NCBI GenBank assembly: GCA_037447605.1
Contig: CM074811.1
Coordinates: 496,001 to 560,000 of the forward strand
Direction: 5' to 3'
Origin: Zygnema circumcarinatum SAG 698-1b
Taxonomy: Eukaryota > Plantae > Zygnematophyceae
DNA: 64,000 nucleotides
Under the pieces are notes generated by a model. That model worked only from the letters and a program-made list of their open reading frames with translations, was not told where the DNA came from and made no database searches. Position numbers and translations under genes: made by a program. Every line of letters starts with the position of its first letter. The stretch's first letter is position 1. This document shows positions 1 through 12,578 of this stretch, piece by piece.

Positions 1-240
1 TGGAGGGCGGATAAAAGTCGGCGACCAATGAGAGTTCGACACGACTATTCACGTGGGCGAATGGGAGGTCGTCAGCTAAGCACCTTTGTCGCGGAGTGGT
101 CGCATTGGACGGTGCGCTACAACGGCACGCCACGTGGCAACGTTAGGACGAAGGTGAGACGGCGACGTCGTTATAGTGTGAACGCGCTTTCGCGTGATCG
201 TGATTGGAAGCAAACGAAAGCGTGGATTTGAAGTCAAGGC

Positions 241-305
241 GTTCACACGTGTTAAGTTTGGGACACGTGTGAACAGGTCTCCCTTTTATCCCTCTAAGGG
301 ATAAA
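241..305. promoter_or_regulatory. Two adjacent inverted repeats in the PYRD promoter, the first carrying paired CACGTG G-boxes
   Basis: GTTCACACGTGT-N10-ACACGTGTGAAC (241-274) and TTTATCCCT-CTA-AGGGATAAA (285-305). Further CACGTG sites occur near 49 and 131. Confidence 0.45.
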
Positions 306-468
306 CTAAACCTTTAACAAGACTCACCTTACTTTTCATTTTAAGGGATGAGGTAATGCACATGCAAAGCCACTTCACAGTCAGATCAATGCCACATCCT
401 CCCACTTCACATACCGTAAAGAGCATATATATAGGAGTGAAGGAAACATAGTAGCTCGCATTTTTCCA

Positions 469-2613
469 ATGGCGCTCTCTCTCCTCTCTCCCTCTCCCTC
501 TAACTCTCTCGCTCCTTCTCTCTCCTGCTCCGGAGCTTCCCCCTTCCCCTTCCCTTCGCCTACAACCTCCGCATCTTCTCCCTCCTCTCTCCTTCTCCCT
601 CGTCCCCATTCTCTCCCCCCCTGCTCTGCTGTACTTGCATACCCGAACACCCTAAAATCCCTGCAATACCTAAACACCCCAAAAGCCTATTTTCCTCTAA
701 GCTTTCTGAATGGGCTCAAATCCCTTAAGAACCTAAATTCTTTGAACCCAAAATCCCCTTTAACGCAAATTGATGACCCCCCTCCTCGGTTGGGGACTGT
801 TTGCTCTGCTTCCTCTGTCGGAGTCCTCCCCTTTCTCTCCTCCGCTGGGAGCAGTCTCCCGCAGGGAGCGACGGAGGAGGATGCAATTTATATGCGGAGG
901 GCGGTGGAACTTTCAAGGAAGGCGCTGGGAAGAACGTCTCCCAACCCTATGGTTGGGTGTGTCATTGTGAAGGACGGAGAGGTGGTGGGAGAGGGATTTC
1001 ATCCCAAAGCAGGAGAGCCACACGCTGAGGTGCGCTCCCTCTCTTTCTTGCCAGCTCTCTCACACTCTCCCTCCTAGTCTCTCCATCTCTCTCCGCTTGT
1101 CTCTCCCTTCTGTCCCCTTCACCTTCCTCCGCCCGCTTCCCCCCGCCTCTCCCCCTTAATGCACCTCCTCCCCTCTCCTCCCACTTCCCCCTCCTCTTTC
1201 CTTTCCCCTCTTCCTCTCTTCCTCCTTCCCTTCACTCTCTCTCACTTTTGCTTAGCCACCACTTTCCCTCTCTCTCTCCCTCTGGCTCTCTCTCGTTTCT
1301 ACTCTCTCTCTCCTCGCTCTAACCTTCTCCCTGTTTCCCCCCTCTTCTTTCTCTCTCTCTCTCTCCCCGCTCTTTCTCTCTCTCTCCCCCCTCTCTCCCT
1401 CTCTCTCTCTCTCTCCCTCTCAGGTGTTCGCGCTGCGGGAAGCGGGCCACGCTGCTGCGGGGGCAACAGCCTATGTGAGTCTTGAGCCGTGCAACCACTT
1501 CGGCCGCACTCCTCCCTGCAGTCAGGCGCTGGTGAAGGCGAAGGTCAAGAAGGTGGTGGTCGGGACTATGGACCCCAACCCTAAGGTGGCGGGGAAGGGC
1601 ATAGAGACTCTGCGGAAGGCGGGAATCGAGGTAGTCGTGGGAGTGGAGGAGCAGCTCTGCCGAGTGAATGTGGAGGCTTTTGTGTGCCGCATGCTCGAGA
1701 AGAGGCCCCTTGCGGCTGTTAGGTGAGAGAAAAAAAACCCCTAAAAACTCAAAAGCTTTAAAAAGTTTTGAAGTTTACTACCTTCCTTAGAAAAAAAGGT
1801 AAAAAAACGCAAATAGAAACTCAAAATTTCTATAAAGTACGAAACCCGGAACACCTTAAGAAATAAGTCGAGTAGAAAGGGGTTATTTCTAACTTTTAAA
1901 AGCTGGTAATTGTAACAAATTGGGTATGGGAATGCTTACTGGTTCGCGTGATGGGTTTCAGGTATTCGATGTCTCTTGATGGGAAAGCTCTCGCAGGCAT
2001 CGGCGAAAGTGGGAATGTGGAGGGAAGCTATTACAGCAAACTGCTGTCTGAGTATGACGCAGTTGTGATCACTGATCAAGCCCTTACTTCAAACCCTTCA
2101 GTTTATTCATCGGAAGCAGGAGCGAAGCAGCCGCTCAGAGTTGTACTTGCTTGGAGTTTGGACTTGCCTAAGGATGCCTCCATTTTCGATACCTCCGTAG
2201 CCCCAACACTTGTCATCAGCGATGAAAAAGCACTTTCGAAGGATGTGGAGAGGTCAAGCAGAGAGGGAGGAGATGCTGCAGAGACTTGGCTGAGGGGGAA
2301 GGGGGTGGATATAGTGATAGTGGATGAGATTGACTTAGACAATGTGCTGGATATGTGCTATCAAAGGGATGCAAGCTCCCTTTTGTGGGATGCCCAAGGG
2401 CCTCTAACAGCGAGTGGTGAAAGTTTTCTGGGAAAGAAGACGGTTGATGATGGGGTTGTTGATAAAGTCATCGCCACCATTTTGCCTGTGTTTGTTGGAG
2501 GGGAGGAAGGAGGGTTCCGGTTTGAGTTAGATGGAGGATCGGTGCGTTTGGATAAAGTAAGCACATACATGTCAGGGGAGGATGTGGTGGTTCAAGGCTA
2601 TCTAAAGAAGTAG
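469..2613 (+). CDS. PYRD: Riboflavin biosynthesis pyrimidine deaminase (plant PyrD / RibD family) with N-terminal transit-peptide-like region; 3 exons: 469-1029, 1424-1722, 1962-2613
   Basis: Spliced product contains [15 protein letters not shown]|VFALREAG and [13 protein letters not shown] zinc-deaminase motifs, followed by a RibD-C-like region (YSMSLDGK). GT/AG junctions at 1030/1423 and 1723/1961 keep the frame. The first ~140 aa are Ser/Pro/Leu-rich. Confidence 0.93.
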
Positions 2614-4379
2614 AGTCTATGAGGAAGTTGAAGGGTCGGTTCATCCTCGGAGACAGTGGCAGAGGCTGGGCATATAGTGCTAACTGTACAGATGCAACCA
2701 ATTTTGAGCTTTTGCCTATTTATCTGCTCGTTTGAGGAGATTTAAGTGCACAGTTACTTTCATCTTTTTTGAAGGGTTAGTGGTTCAATGTAGGTTTTTT
2801 TGGGTTCAAGAAGACTTTCTTTGTAGAAGAAGTTTTTGTAAGTCAAATTTTGGCCTCTTCGTTTTCAAGAGTCTTCCTTTGGGCTTGTGCGTGAAACTGC
2901 GTGCTCTTTCTACTCCCCTTCTCGAGCAAACCGAATTTAAAGTAATGAATAGTGTGAGATTGAGATTTGAGCGGTTTGAGATTGTCTATGAAGTTATCTC
3001 GAAGCTGATTATCTAACAGATCAATCGCATGATGAGACATGGCATTGCTCAAGAGAATCAGAGAAGAGAAGAGAAGAGAGAACAAGAGAGGAGAAGAGAA
3101 GAGAGACGAAGAGAGGAGAAGTTTTGACGAGCTTGAGACCATATCTTGTTATCAGTATATGGATAGGATTACTTTCATTGTGAGCATGACACTTCTTTAC
3201 CCACATCTCTCGATAAGTTACGAGAACACATTTTGTAGATTCACCTCCTGACGAGAGAGGTTGTGCAAAGGATGTGAAATGAGCTTGCATAAAGTCAATC
3301 TGTGGCAGTTCCCCAACTTGATTTCTGTTTTAAGATTAGGAGAAAGGAAGGAAACGAAGGAGGGGATTAAGAAAGGAGGGGAACACAGTACAGTAAGCAC
3401 AAATAGAGTATCAAAAGACTGAGATTTCAAAACCTTCCACATGAAATGAGCAATGAGAAGGGCAATTTTGTCAGTTCGTATTCATTGCAGCTTTGCAAGT
3501 CAACCTTGAACGAGCGAACCTTTCACAGGCCCTTCCAGTTTCCTTTCCAGCTACTTGGTTCCATGATTTCTTGAATGGACTTGGAAAAGACGGACCTGGC
3601 GAGGTCTGGGTTCTAATATCTGCTCATTCTCTTCTTGATAGAGAGCTATTCTGAAAGCGTTTCTTTCTTCTCTGTAGAAATTTTGTGTTTCATGACTGAG
3701 CGACATAGAACGAACAGCCGTCTGCTCCATTTGCGACTGGTATTGACTTAGCAATTTAAAACGTTCTCTGATTTCATTTCACAAGAGAAAACTTACTATA
3801 TATTTCTATAATATAGACCAGAACTAGTACTAGACTGTCGCATCGCCAGTCTCTGGTTGAGCATGAAACTATTCATGAAGGGGGTCTGCTGAAGGCCGTA
3901 CGGACTTTTAGGGTTTCGTAGGCGACCGCATACCGTACTCAGATTTCAAGACGATATTCACTACAAAAGGTGAGTCAGGTAAAACTGTTGATTAACTACC
4001 ATGTATGCAGATATGGCTGGCTGCGAAAAGAGCTTAAAGAGCAAGAGTATTACATGAATGATGCAACAGTGAGAAAAAAAACTCGAAACTTCAGAAAAGG
4101 GAAGCAAAAAAAACGGAGGTTGTGAAATTTGGAAGCTGAGACCGATGCCGAAAGTGATGCAAATATGTAAGGGAGCTGTATGTGACGCAGAGAGAGCTGT
4201 TAGCTGGAAGCGAACGACAAGAGAAGGAATATTCTCCTTGAAAATTGAGCCTATAAGTCATCCTTATCCTTATTCCAGGAAGCGCTGCTATACGCCTCAT
4301 TAGTCTTCCGTCTTGCTGAAAAAATCCAACAGCTGATCACAGGAAAATCTTACCATCGTTTGCAAAGAATCAGGAAACG

Positions 4380-4896
4380 ATGAATTCGAGTGCACGACAC
4401 GAAGTCCGCACACAAAAGAAGGTTGAAGAAGGTGCGTTTATTCTGTTATTTATCACCTGCCTCCCCTTTCCTTGCCCTGTAGATGTAAGCGGAGTGGAGC
4501 TGAATATGGCTTTTGGAGTTACGGTTTGTGTATGCATACGCAGTCTTTGGAGTTCTGTGTCTGGATGGAAAAAAAATGACATTTGGATATTCATTTTCTA
4601 CTAATAACGAAGTATACCATCATCCTTATTGTTTGGCTGTGTGGGTTTGAATGGCGTTGTGAAGAAAGCGAGTCACATTCTGTTTTTGGTCCCAAAACTC
4701 CCTAAGAATGCCTATCTGAAGGTCAAAGATGCAGCTGTCAGTTACATTTTATTTGCACGTGTGCTTGACGGAGAAGGCAATGTTCCCTATTGTTGAGAGT
4801 GAAAGGTGAAACGTTCTTTCCTGCAATGGTCCATTGGATGTTGGCTGCTTTTCTGGATCATTCGATGGTAAATTCTATTAATTGATGAACGTTTTG

Positions 4897-4967
<71 letters not shown>

Positions 4968-5423
4968 ATCTCTCTATCTCTCTCGAATTTGGCAGCATTA
5001 AGGAGCAAAATGAAGGCGGCAGCTCTGCAGAAGTGCAAGCCAACTTTGGCTGCCTTTGCTGAATGCGCAAGTGGGCGCCTTCTTTCTGTTGTTTGGGCGT
5101 GCCGGCAGGAAGCCAAAGCCATGAACGAGTGCTTGAAGCAATAGTAAGGAACAAGCATTCCTGTACAACTGCAGAGGGCGAGAGAGAGAAGGAGAGACAG
5201 AGGGAGGGGAAGGAGGGGAGGAGAGAAGGGGGTGGGGTGGGGTGGATGGCATCGTCTTGTTTTCTTCCTATAGTCTCGATTAGTGTTTTCTGACTCGGTA
5301 TATTGTGGGCCTTTCTTTCTATTGTCGATTTGCAGCACCACTGATGAAGTCTTGGAGCAGTTCAAAAGGGAGTATCTGGAGGCACAGGAGCAGAAAAAGC
5401 AGGCCATTCCGGTGGAGTCATAG
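4380..5423 (+). CDS. CMC1: COX assembly mitochondrial protein CMC1-like (twin Cx9C); 3 exons: 4380-4431, 4996-5143, 5336-5423
   Basis: Spliced product MNSSARHEVRTQKKVEEALRSKMKAAALQKCKPTLAAFAECASGRLLSVVWACRQEAKAMNECLKQYTTDEVLEQFKREYLEAQEQKKQAIPVES*. It has two Cx9C motifs, canonical splice sites, and matches the recalled plant CMC1 pattern (KKVEEALRSKMK...SVVW.CR). Confidence 0.88.
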
Positions 5424-6475
5424 CAGGGTTCTAGTTTGTTGTAAAAAACTGCTCACTGCTTTTGGGTCGAAGGTTGCGATAGATTAAAGGTGACAGGAAA
5501 CTCTTTCTTTTCTCGAATTCGTTCTCGCTTTTCATTTCTCTCCAATCAAGGGCATCAAGTGATGACTCTTCAATATTTTATTCTAAACAAGGTCTCATTT
5601 TGTCTTTTTGAAACTCAGACAGCATGTCTTACAAGTAAAAACCAATTTGGCCATAGATCAGATGTGTTACTTTTGAGCTTGCTTTGATTGCTGAAGAGAG
5701 AGCTGAGATGTATACTGCCCTGCAACTTCACCCCCAGCAAAAGTCTCACAAGAATGGCAAGAAAAAGTCTGCAGAAATTGCAATGTGAGAGCTTTGGCTC
5801 GATGTGAAGTCACTCGAGTTCAATGTCCATGAAAATGTTTTAAGCATATGAGAAGAACTGCATGCTTATAATAAACAGTGCAGATGCCTCCCCACATTTA
5901 AGATTCAACGGCTCGGATGCCTCCAGAGCAGGTGCATTTTTAACGGCTCAGATTATCTCCATCGAGAGTGCACGATTCAACGGCTCCGATGCCTTCAAAA
6001 CTGGTGCATTTTCGACGGCTTGGATGTTCTCCATACTTTTCACTCGTGGTTTCTTTTTCCGACAACGCGGGTCACTCCCCTCTCCAACTCAGCACACTCT
6101 CCCTCTCCCTCTCCCCGAGTCACTGGCACTTCCCTCGCTCGGCCTCCCTCTGACCCCCTCTCCCTCTCGCGCTCTCTCTCCCTCTCCACTTCTCTCTCAC
6201 TCTAAACCCTGCACCCCGTTGCATTTCCATAACCCGCAAAATTCAAATTCAAATTCAAATTCTGATTCTGATTCAAATTCTCCTGTTCTTATCCAATCAT
6301 TAATCCTAGTTTGTACGCAAGCATAAATTCAAATCCCTTATCCCTTAAAAATGAAGTTAAACCTTTCAACCGTAACTACATTAAGTCCACCACAACCCTA
6401 ACAAGCTAACAAATCCCTTCCTCTCCCCCTTCTGCCCCCCCTCTCTCTCTCTCTCTCCTGCCTCCTTCCGCAACC

Positions 6476-9292
6476 ATGGCTCTCCGCTACTGCTCAGCGG
6501 CCCCTGGGAGGATCTGCCTCACCTTCTGCAGCGCCGCATGGCATCCAAAAGCACACATCCGCACTCCCATGCCATGTGCCTTCAATCCAGACAAAGCCAA
6601 TCTGCTAACATTGGCAATTTCTCATATTTCTCAAATTACACAAGGGAAGCATCTTCCGCAAGTTGTTAAAGCTCAGAAATTTCAGAAAAAACGGCTTAAA
6701 GTAGAAAAGATGCGGGGAATGTGCAGCTGCGCGCTCCATTCTGAAAGCGACGGAGGAAGGAAGGAATTAGGGTTAGAGTTGGGAGTTATCCTGGGAATAG
6801 AGACAAGCTGCGATGATACGGGCGCAGCGGTGGTGAGTGTCTCCGCGGTGGTTAGCTGTGGGAGGAGGGTGCGGGAAGGGACGGGAAGGACAGGGAGAAC
6901 GGGAGAGCCAGAGGGGGAAAGAGAGAGAGAGATTGAAGTCAACCTGAATGAAAATACAATATCATGTCGCTCCAGCTGTTCAAATTTGTTAATGTATACG
7001 CGCAAGTAGAAGAGGGAGAGGGAGAGGAAACGGGAGGAGAGCAAACGGGCGAAAGTGAAAACTGGTGATTTGAGCGAGCAGGAAGGCAGCGCAGTGTCAA
7101 GCAGTGTTGTTTGTCGTAGGAGGTCAATTTCTTAAAGTAAGTGCATGCAAATATTAACACAAAGCTGCAGTATGAGTGTCAGCCGATAATCCTTGAAATG
7201 ACACATGCGATATGGTTTGATTAGCAGCAAACGAACATACTCTCGGCTTAATTATGTTGTGCTCCGCTTCTTGTGGATAGGTGACCACTGGAGGTCACAT
7301 TCTCGGAGAAGCGTTGGCTTCTCAGGTGAGGCTCTGGCTAGCTTTCTTATCTTGATCAATAACACCATCATTTAAATCATCGCCTTCATCATCGTAGTCA
7401 CTGTTGTCAACTTCATCATCAGGATCATGATCATCAACATCATCATCATCGTCATCGTCATCTTCATCCCGTCAATAATAACCCCTTCATGCTCAACGTC
7501 AGAATTACAACTCGATGTCGTAAGTGAGGATGTAGATTGAGAAGGCTTGCACATGTCTTATTCTCTCTCTCCACCTCTCCCTCTCTCTCGCCTTATCTCT
7601 GACTCAGCTTTCGTAAATGTCTTGTCCATGCTTCTTGGAGGAGAGGAGCAGCCGTACCCTTCCTTTTCATGTCTTGATAAAGACTGCCAATGGCTGTGTG
7701 ATGCAGGGAGAGCTACACGCTCAATGGGGCGGCATCGTGCCAACCTTAGCACAGGAAGAGCATGCGAAAGCAATTCATACGGTTGGTATTCTGATCCAAC
7801 CACGTTTAAAGTTCAACTTGGAGATATATATAGTTTGTAAGGTAGTGATGATCAGTGAGTGTTACATGTTGTATGCATTTCGCAGGTAGTAGCAAATGCG
7901 TTAGAGCAAGCGGGTATCACCGAGAAGGATCTTTCAGCAGTGGCTGTTACAATTGGACCTGGACTTAGTCCCTGTTTGCGAGGTGGGAGTCAGCTCCAAG
8001 GCCCGTTCCGTTCCGTTACTGTAATCAGTTCAGTTGTGCAGCTCGGTGTCCCTGTTCAGTCTTTACGCTGTTTTCGCTGCTGTCCTTGTTGTTAGTTGCC
8101 TCGAAGGACCTCAAGGACGAGGCGCAGGGAGAGGGCGAAAGAGAGGCATAGAGAGAGAGAGTGGGAGAGAGGGAGGGAGTTTAAAAACCATAGATCTGAT
8201 TAGTTTTCATTTTCGGCTGTTGTCGAACTCCAGTCGGTGTGCAAAAGGCGCGAGCAATAGCAAAAAAGGAACAGATTCCGATAATTGGGGTGCATCACAT
8301 GGAAGCTCATGCACTAGTAGCCAGGTGAGAAGCCGCGCCTTATTGTTCTACATAAATATCATATCTTGTAGGATATTTAAACTTTTATTTCTATGTCACA
8401 ATGCGAGTTGCACATTAAAGGATATATGTAGTTATCTAACTAGAAACATGGAATAGAACAGTCTGTTACTGCTATGGCCGGTTTTACCTTCTCTTTTCTC
8501 CCCTCCCCCTCCCCACCTCCCTCCCTCCCTCATCTCTCTCTCTCTCTCCCCCTCTGCCCCTTTTCCGTGACTTGTCGAACAGGCAGGCAGAGCAGGCAGT
8601 GACATTCCCGTTCCTCACACTCCTCATTTCAGGTGCTCTTATTTCAGAAAAATCCGTTGCGCTCCTTTTTAACTTGTAATTTCGCACGTAACCGCAAAAA
8701 ATGTGCAATATAAGCATTGGCTATCTTCAAAACCCTATTTATTCTCGGAATTGGTTGAAGATCGTCCCTCCTCCTCCCCCCTCCCACACTCTCTCGCTCT
8801 CGCGTTCTCTCTCTCATCGGACTGCGACTGCGATTTCAGGTGGCCACAACCTTCTGCTTTTGGCTCACGGGGTTGGCCGCTATACCCAGCTCGGCTCCAC
8901 ACTGGATGACGCATTAGGGGAGGTGAGAACAGAAAAGACAAAAAGAGGGTCGGGGGAGGGGGGAGGGGGAGAGGGGGAGAGCAAAAGGAGGGAAGAGAAA
9001 ACTCAACTTATCTGCTCTTCCTTCCCAGCTATCAAACTTGACTCACCAGAATTAAGAAATCGAAATACTGCATGGACATGAATTCCTCTTTCCTTTCGTC
9101 CCTGTTTCTTCTCTCTCTCGCTCTCTCTCTCCCCCCGTTTTTTGTGGGTATGATATTGACAGGCGTATGATAAGACAGCTCGCTTGTTGGGTTTGGACTT
9201 ATCAAGAGGAGGAGGCCCTTCTTTGGAAGCGATTGCAAGAGAAGGTGACTCTCAACGGTTCAAATTTTCGGTAGAGCCCTCCAAACTCATCG

Positions 9293-9323
<31 letters not shown>

Positions 9324-11248
9324 AGAACTTCGATTCCGTTTCTCTTCAGTTGCGTACTGGCATCGAACGGTCGGCAAGAAGGAACCTGATCCTCAGAACA
9401 GAACGGAAACAGAGATAGAAACAGAGATAAAAGCCGATAGACAAGGGGCATTTGGATTGATGATTCGAATACATGGAAAATTACTGACTGACTTCCTACT
9501 CACTTTAGCTAATGACTGACTACGAGTAACGTTAGCGCAGGTTCCTATGCGGAGTGCCAAAAACTGTGAATTTTCTTACGCGGGGCTCAAGTCTTCCGTC
9601 CGGTTGGCAATAGAGAGAGAACTTCCGTAAGTTTCCCTCTGACTTTTGTACCAACTATGTGTGAGGGAGTGAGGGAGTGATACGAGTTGCGTTTTATTCT
9701 CCACTCAATATGCTCAAAGTGAGAGCGGGAAATGAACCAACCTTCTTTCTTTTGAATGAGTGTGAGAGAGAGAGGATATATGAGTGAGTGAGAGAGCTGA
9801 AATTTGCAGATGTGCAGAAAAGGAGCCCATTGGAAATGCATCTCCTGAGGACCGGCAGACGAGGGCAGACATAGCCGCATCATTCCAGGTAAGAAGTGGC
9901 GAAATTTCACTTTCCCGGGAGCTTTTTTTATTCACAATTTTGAGCCCCATTTCGTGAGGAATGTATACCCAATTATACACTAATCAATTCAATTCCTTTT
10001 ATTTAACTTCTGTCCTATATACTGGGGGGGCTTCAGAGAGTGGCTGTGCAGCACTTGGAAGATCGGACGAAGAGAGCAGTGGAATGGGCGATCGAGATGG
10101 AGCCACGTGTCAGCTGTCTGGTGAGCAGATGGGGCTATTTCCTTTGAACGAAAGAAGATGGGCCTCTTCCCATATTTGAATTTCTTTCTCCCCTCAACTG
10201 CTCCCCACACCCTCCTTCCCCCCCTTCCCCTTTTTTTTTCCTTTTTTGTCTTTCTAATCATTAAAACATCTAATCCAGCACAATTTTCAGGTGGTTGCCG
10301 GAGGAGTAGCATCGAATACTTACATCCGCTCTCGCCTCGACGAAGTCGCAAAGGAAGCAAAAGTGCAGCTCGTCTGCCCTCCTCCCAGACTGTGCACAGA
10401 TAACGGTGAGAGTTTCGTGGTTTCAAAAGTTGGGCTTTTCACCCTTTCACCGATTTGAAGATGTCTTTGCTTTCTTGGCCTCTTGGGTGTTTGAGCCTTT
10501 GACGATTCCGAAGGGGAGCTACAAAGTGCACGCATGCACGGACCCTCTCCCTCTCCCTCTCACCCTCCCTCGCCCTCTCTCTCCCTCTCCATCCCTCTCC
10601 CTCTCCCTCCCCCTCTCCCTCCCCCTCTCCCTCCCTCTCCATCCCTCTCCCCCTCACCAATATACATGGGTCAATAGGACGAGTGGACTTGGCACCAGGC
10701 CCATGCATAGGAGGGATCCATGTAAGGCTTTACAGAGGCTCAAGATGGGCCTATGTAAGGGTATTAACTTTATTGAGGGTGGGGTTTCTTCTTTAGGAGT
10801 CATGGTGGCCTGGGCGGGCGCGGAACGCTTCAAGCTCGGACTATGGGAAAGTCCGCCTTCATTGGATGAGCCAGACGACGCATGGGTATGTATGTGCAGC
10901 TCAGCCAGTTTCAGTTAAACGGATTTCCGTTCTCTCAAACAGCTGAAAGCTAGTTCTGCTGCTGTTGTTGTCTATGAAGACGGTCCTTTGTAGCAGTTTC
11001 AGAACTAAACAAGTGCTGTTGTTTAACAAGAGGGAAGTCGCTATATAAACACGGGAAGTGGTGCCAGGTCCTGTGGACCTTTCAGTTTAACGGAAAGGCT
11101 GTCTCCATGTTGATTTTTGCAGGTGGATGTGCGTCCGAGGTGGCCCCTAGGGGAGAGGTTGAATGGCCCCTCCGAGGCCGTTAAGTCCTCCAAGAAACGG
11201 AACGTCTTCCCCTCTCTCACCTCTCTCTCAAGCTCCGATCGGAGCTGA
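6476..11248 (+). CDS. GCP1: Organellar tRNA N6-adenosine threonylcarbamoyltransferase (TsaD/Qri7/OSGEPL1, plant GCP1), about 14 exons
   Basis: Exons encode [86 protein letters not shown] and RPRWPL. All are joined by GT-AG introns. Last exon is 11123-11248. Confidence 0.95.
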
Positions 11249-11532
11249 GCTTTGATAAAGTTATCTTTGATAAAGTGAGTTTGATGAGGTTTTTCTATAT
11301 TGGAGGGATGGTCCTGTACTGGCCTTTCATGCATTTAGGGTTTCTTGTAACATTCACACGTGCAGCAGCGGTCTATGGTTTCTAGAGCTCATGAGACATC
11401 TCCATGGTCCGCCAGGAAGAGGGCCCTAAGGCTGCAACTAGTACTTAAAAATATATGCAGCCCTTCTTTTGGGCCCAAAGTTGCAAAAGCGCCAAGCGAC
11501 CTCGTTTGTTCTGCCTCCCTCGCCCTCTTTCT

Positions 11533-11990
11533 NNNNNNNNNNTCCCCCCCCCCCCCCCCCCCCCCCTCTCACTCCCACTCCCTCTCACCCGCCCTCTCCC
11601 TCCGTCTCCCTCATCCACTCCCTCCCTTCCTCTCTCCCTCCCTCTCTCCCTTCCTCTCCCCCTCTCTCCCTCCCTCCCTCTCTCCCTCCCTCCCTCTCCC
11701 TCTCTCCCTCCCTCCCACCCTCTCTCCTCCCTCTCCCTCCGTCTCTCACATCAATCTCTCCCCCCTTCGCGCTCTCCCTCCCTCCCTCTCCCTCCATCCC
11801 ACTCCCTCTCTCCCTCCCTCTCTCCCTCCATCTCTCTCTCCCTCCATCCCTCTCTTCCCCCCTCTCCCTCCGTCGCCCTCTCCCTGCCTCTCCCTCTCCC
11901 TGCCTCTCCCTCTCCCACTCATCTTCTCTCCCCCCCTCTCTCCCTCCCTTTCCCACTCGCTCCCCTCTCATTCCCTCCCTACCGCGCCTC
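11533..11990. repeat. CT-rich low-complexity tract beside a 10-N scaffold gap (one of many CT/GA tracts; other gaps at 49534, 61272 and 61765)
   Basis: Almost pure pyrimidine sequence. It generates the long spurious S/L/P and R/E/G ORFs in the ORF track. Confidence 0.9.
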
Positions 11991-12110
11991 CTCGCACTCA
12001 TTCCGAGTCCACTCCGCGTTTACTCCAGGGTCCACCACATTCGCCACTGCCACGTGGCGACCCGATCGGCCCTTAACCTCGCAACCCCCGAACCCAATCA
12101 AATACCCCCC

Positions 12111-12216
12111 GTACATAAAGTACACAAAAGCGTACGATCCGTACACTACCGGCATCGCTTCTCAACATTGTACGGACCATATGGCAACGGACCAACGGTA
12201 CATGTCCGTACCGTAC
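12111..12216. promoter_or_regulatory. Cluster of 8 GTAC cores upstream of TM9SF (candidate SBP/SPL-binding, copper-response-type elements)
   Basis: GTAC occurs at 12111, 12120, 12132, 12141, 12170, 12198, 12208 and 12213, about 370-470 bp before the ATG. Confidence 0.4.
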
Positions 12217-12578
12217 AAATGTCCACCCGCTTCCGCGCGGGTCCCTCCGTCCCCTCGGCGCTCTCCCACAGCCTCCCACTCTCTCCCTCTCCCTCTCTCC
12301 CTCGGCCTCTCCCGCTCTCCCTCTGCCTCTCCCTCTCTCTCTCGAGCTCTCCCCGCTCATCTCTCTCTGCTATCTTCTCCCCGCTCTCTCTGTATGGAAG
12401 AAAGAAGGTTGTGAGGCGAAGGATTGAGGAGATAGGTGGCTGATGTTTGTCAAGACAGCTGGCGCTTGAGAGGCGCTGCAGCAGAAGACGAGAGAGGGAG
12501 GGGAAGAGGGAAAAGTAGAGAGAGAGGGAGGGTGTGAGAGGGAGAGGTAAAGGGAGGTAAAGGAAGAAGCAGCCTGCG

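Noticed and set aside
3551-3754. Protein-like minus-strand ORF between PYRD and CMC1
   Set aside because: It could not be linked to a start or other exons, and I recognised no family. It remains unresolved without a homology search.
7372-7470. (CAT)n tracts in two GCP1 introns (also about 9285-9322)
   Set aside because: Ordinary trinucleotide microsatellites with no further structure.
11360-12443. Long ORFs of 238-324 aa (S/L/P-rich) and their antisense R/E/G-rich partners
   Set aside because: They are products of a CT microsatellite tract spanning an N gap; stop codons cannot arise in pure pyrimidine sequence. The same applies to 28772-29446, 1159-1485 and 61065-61453.
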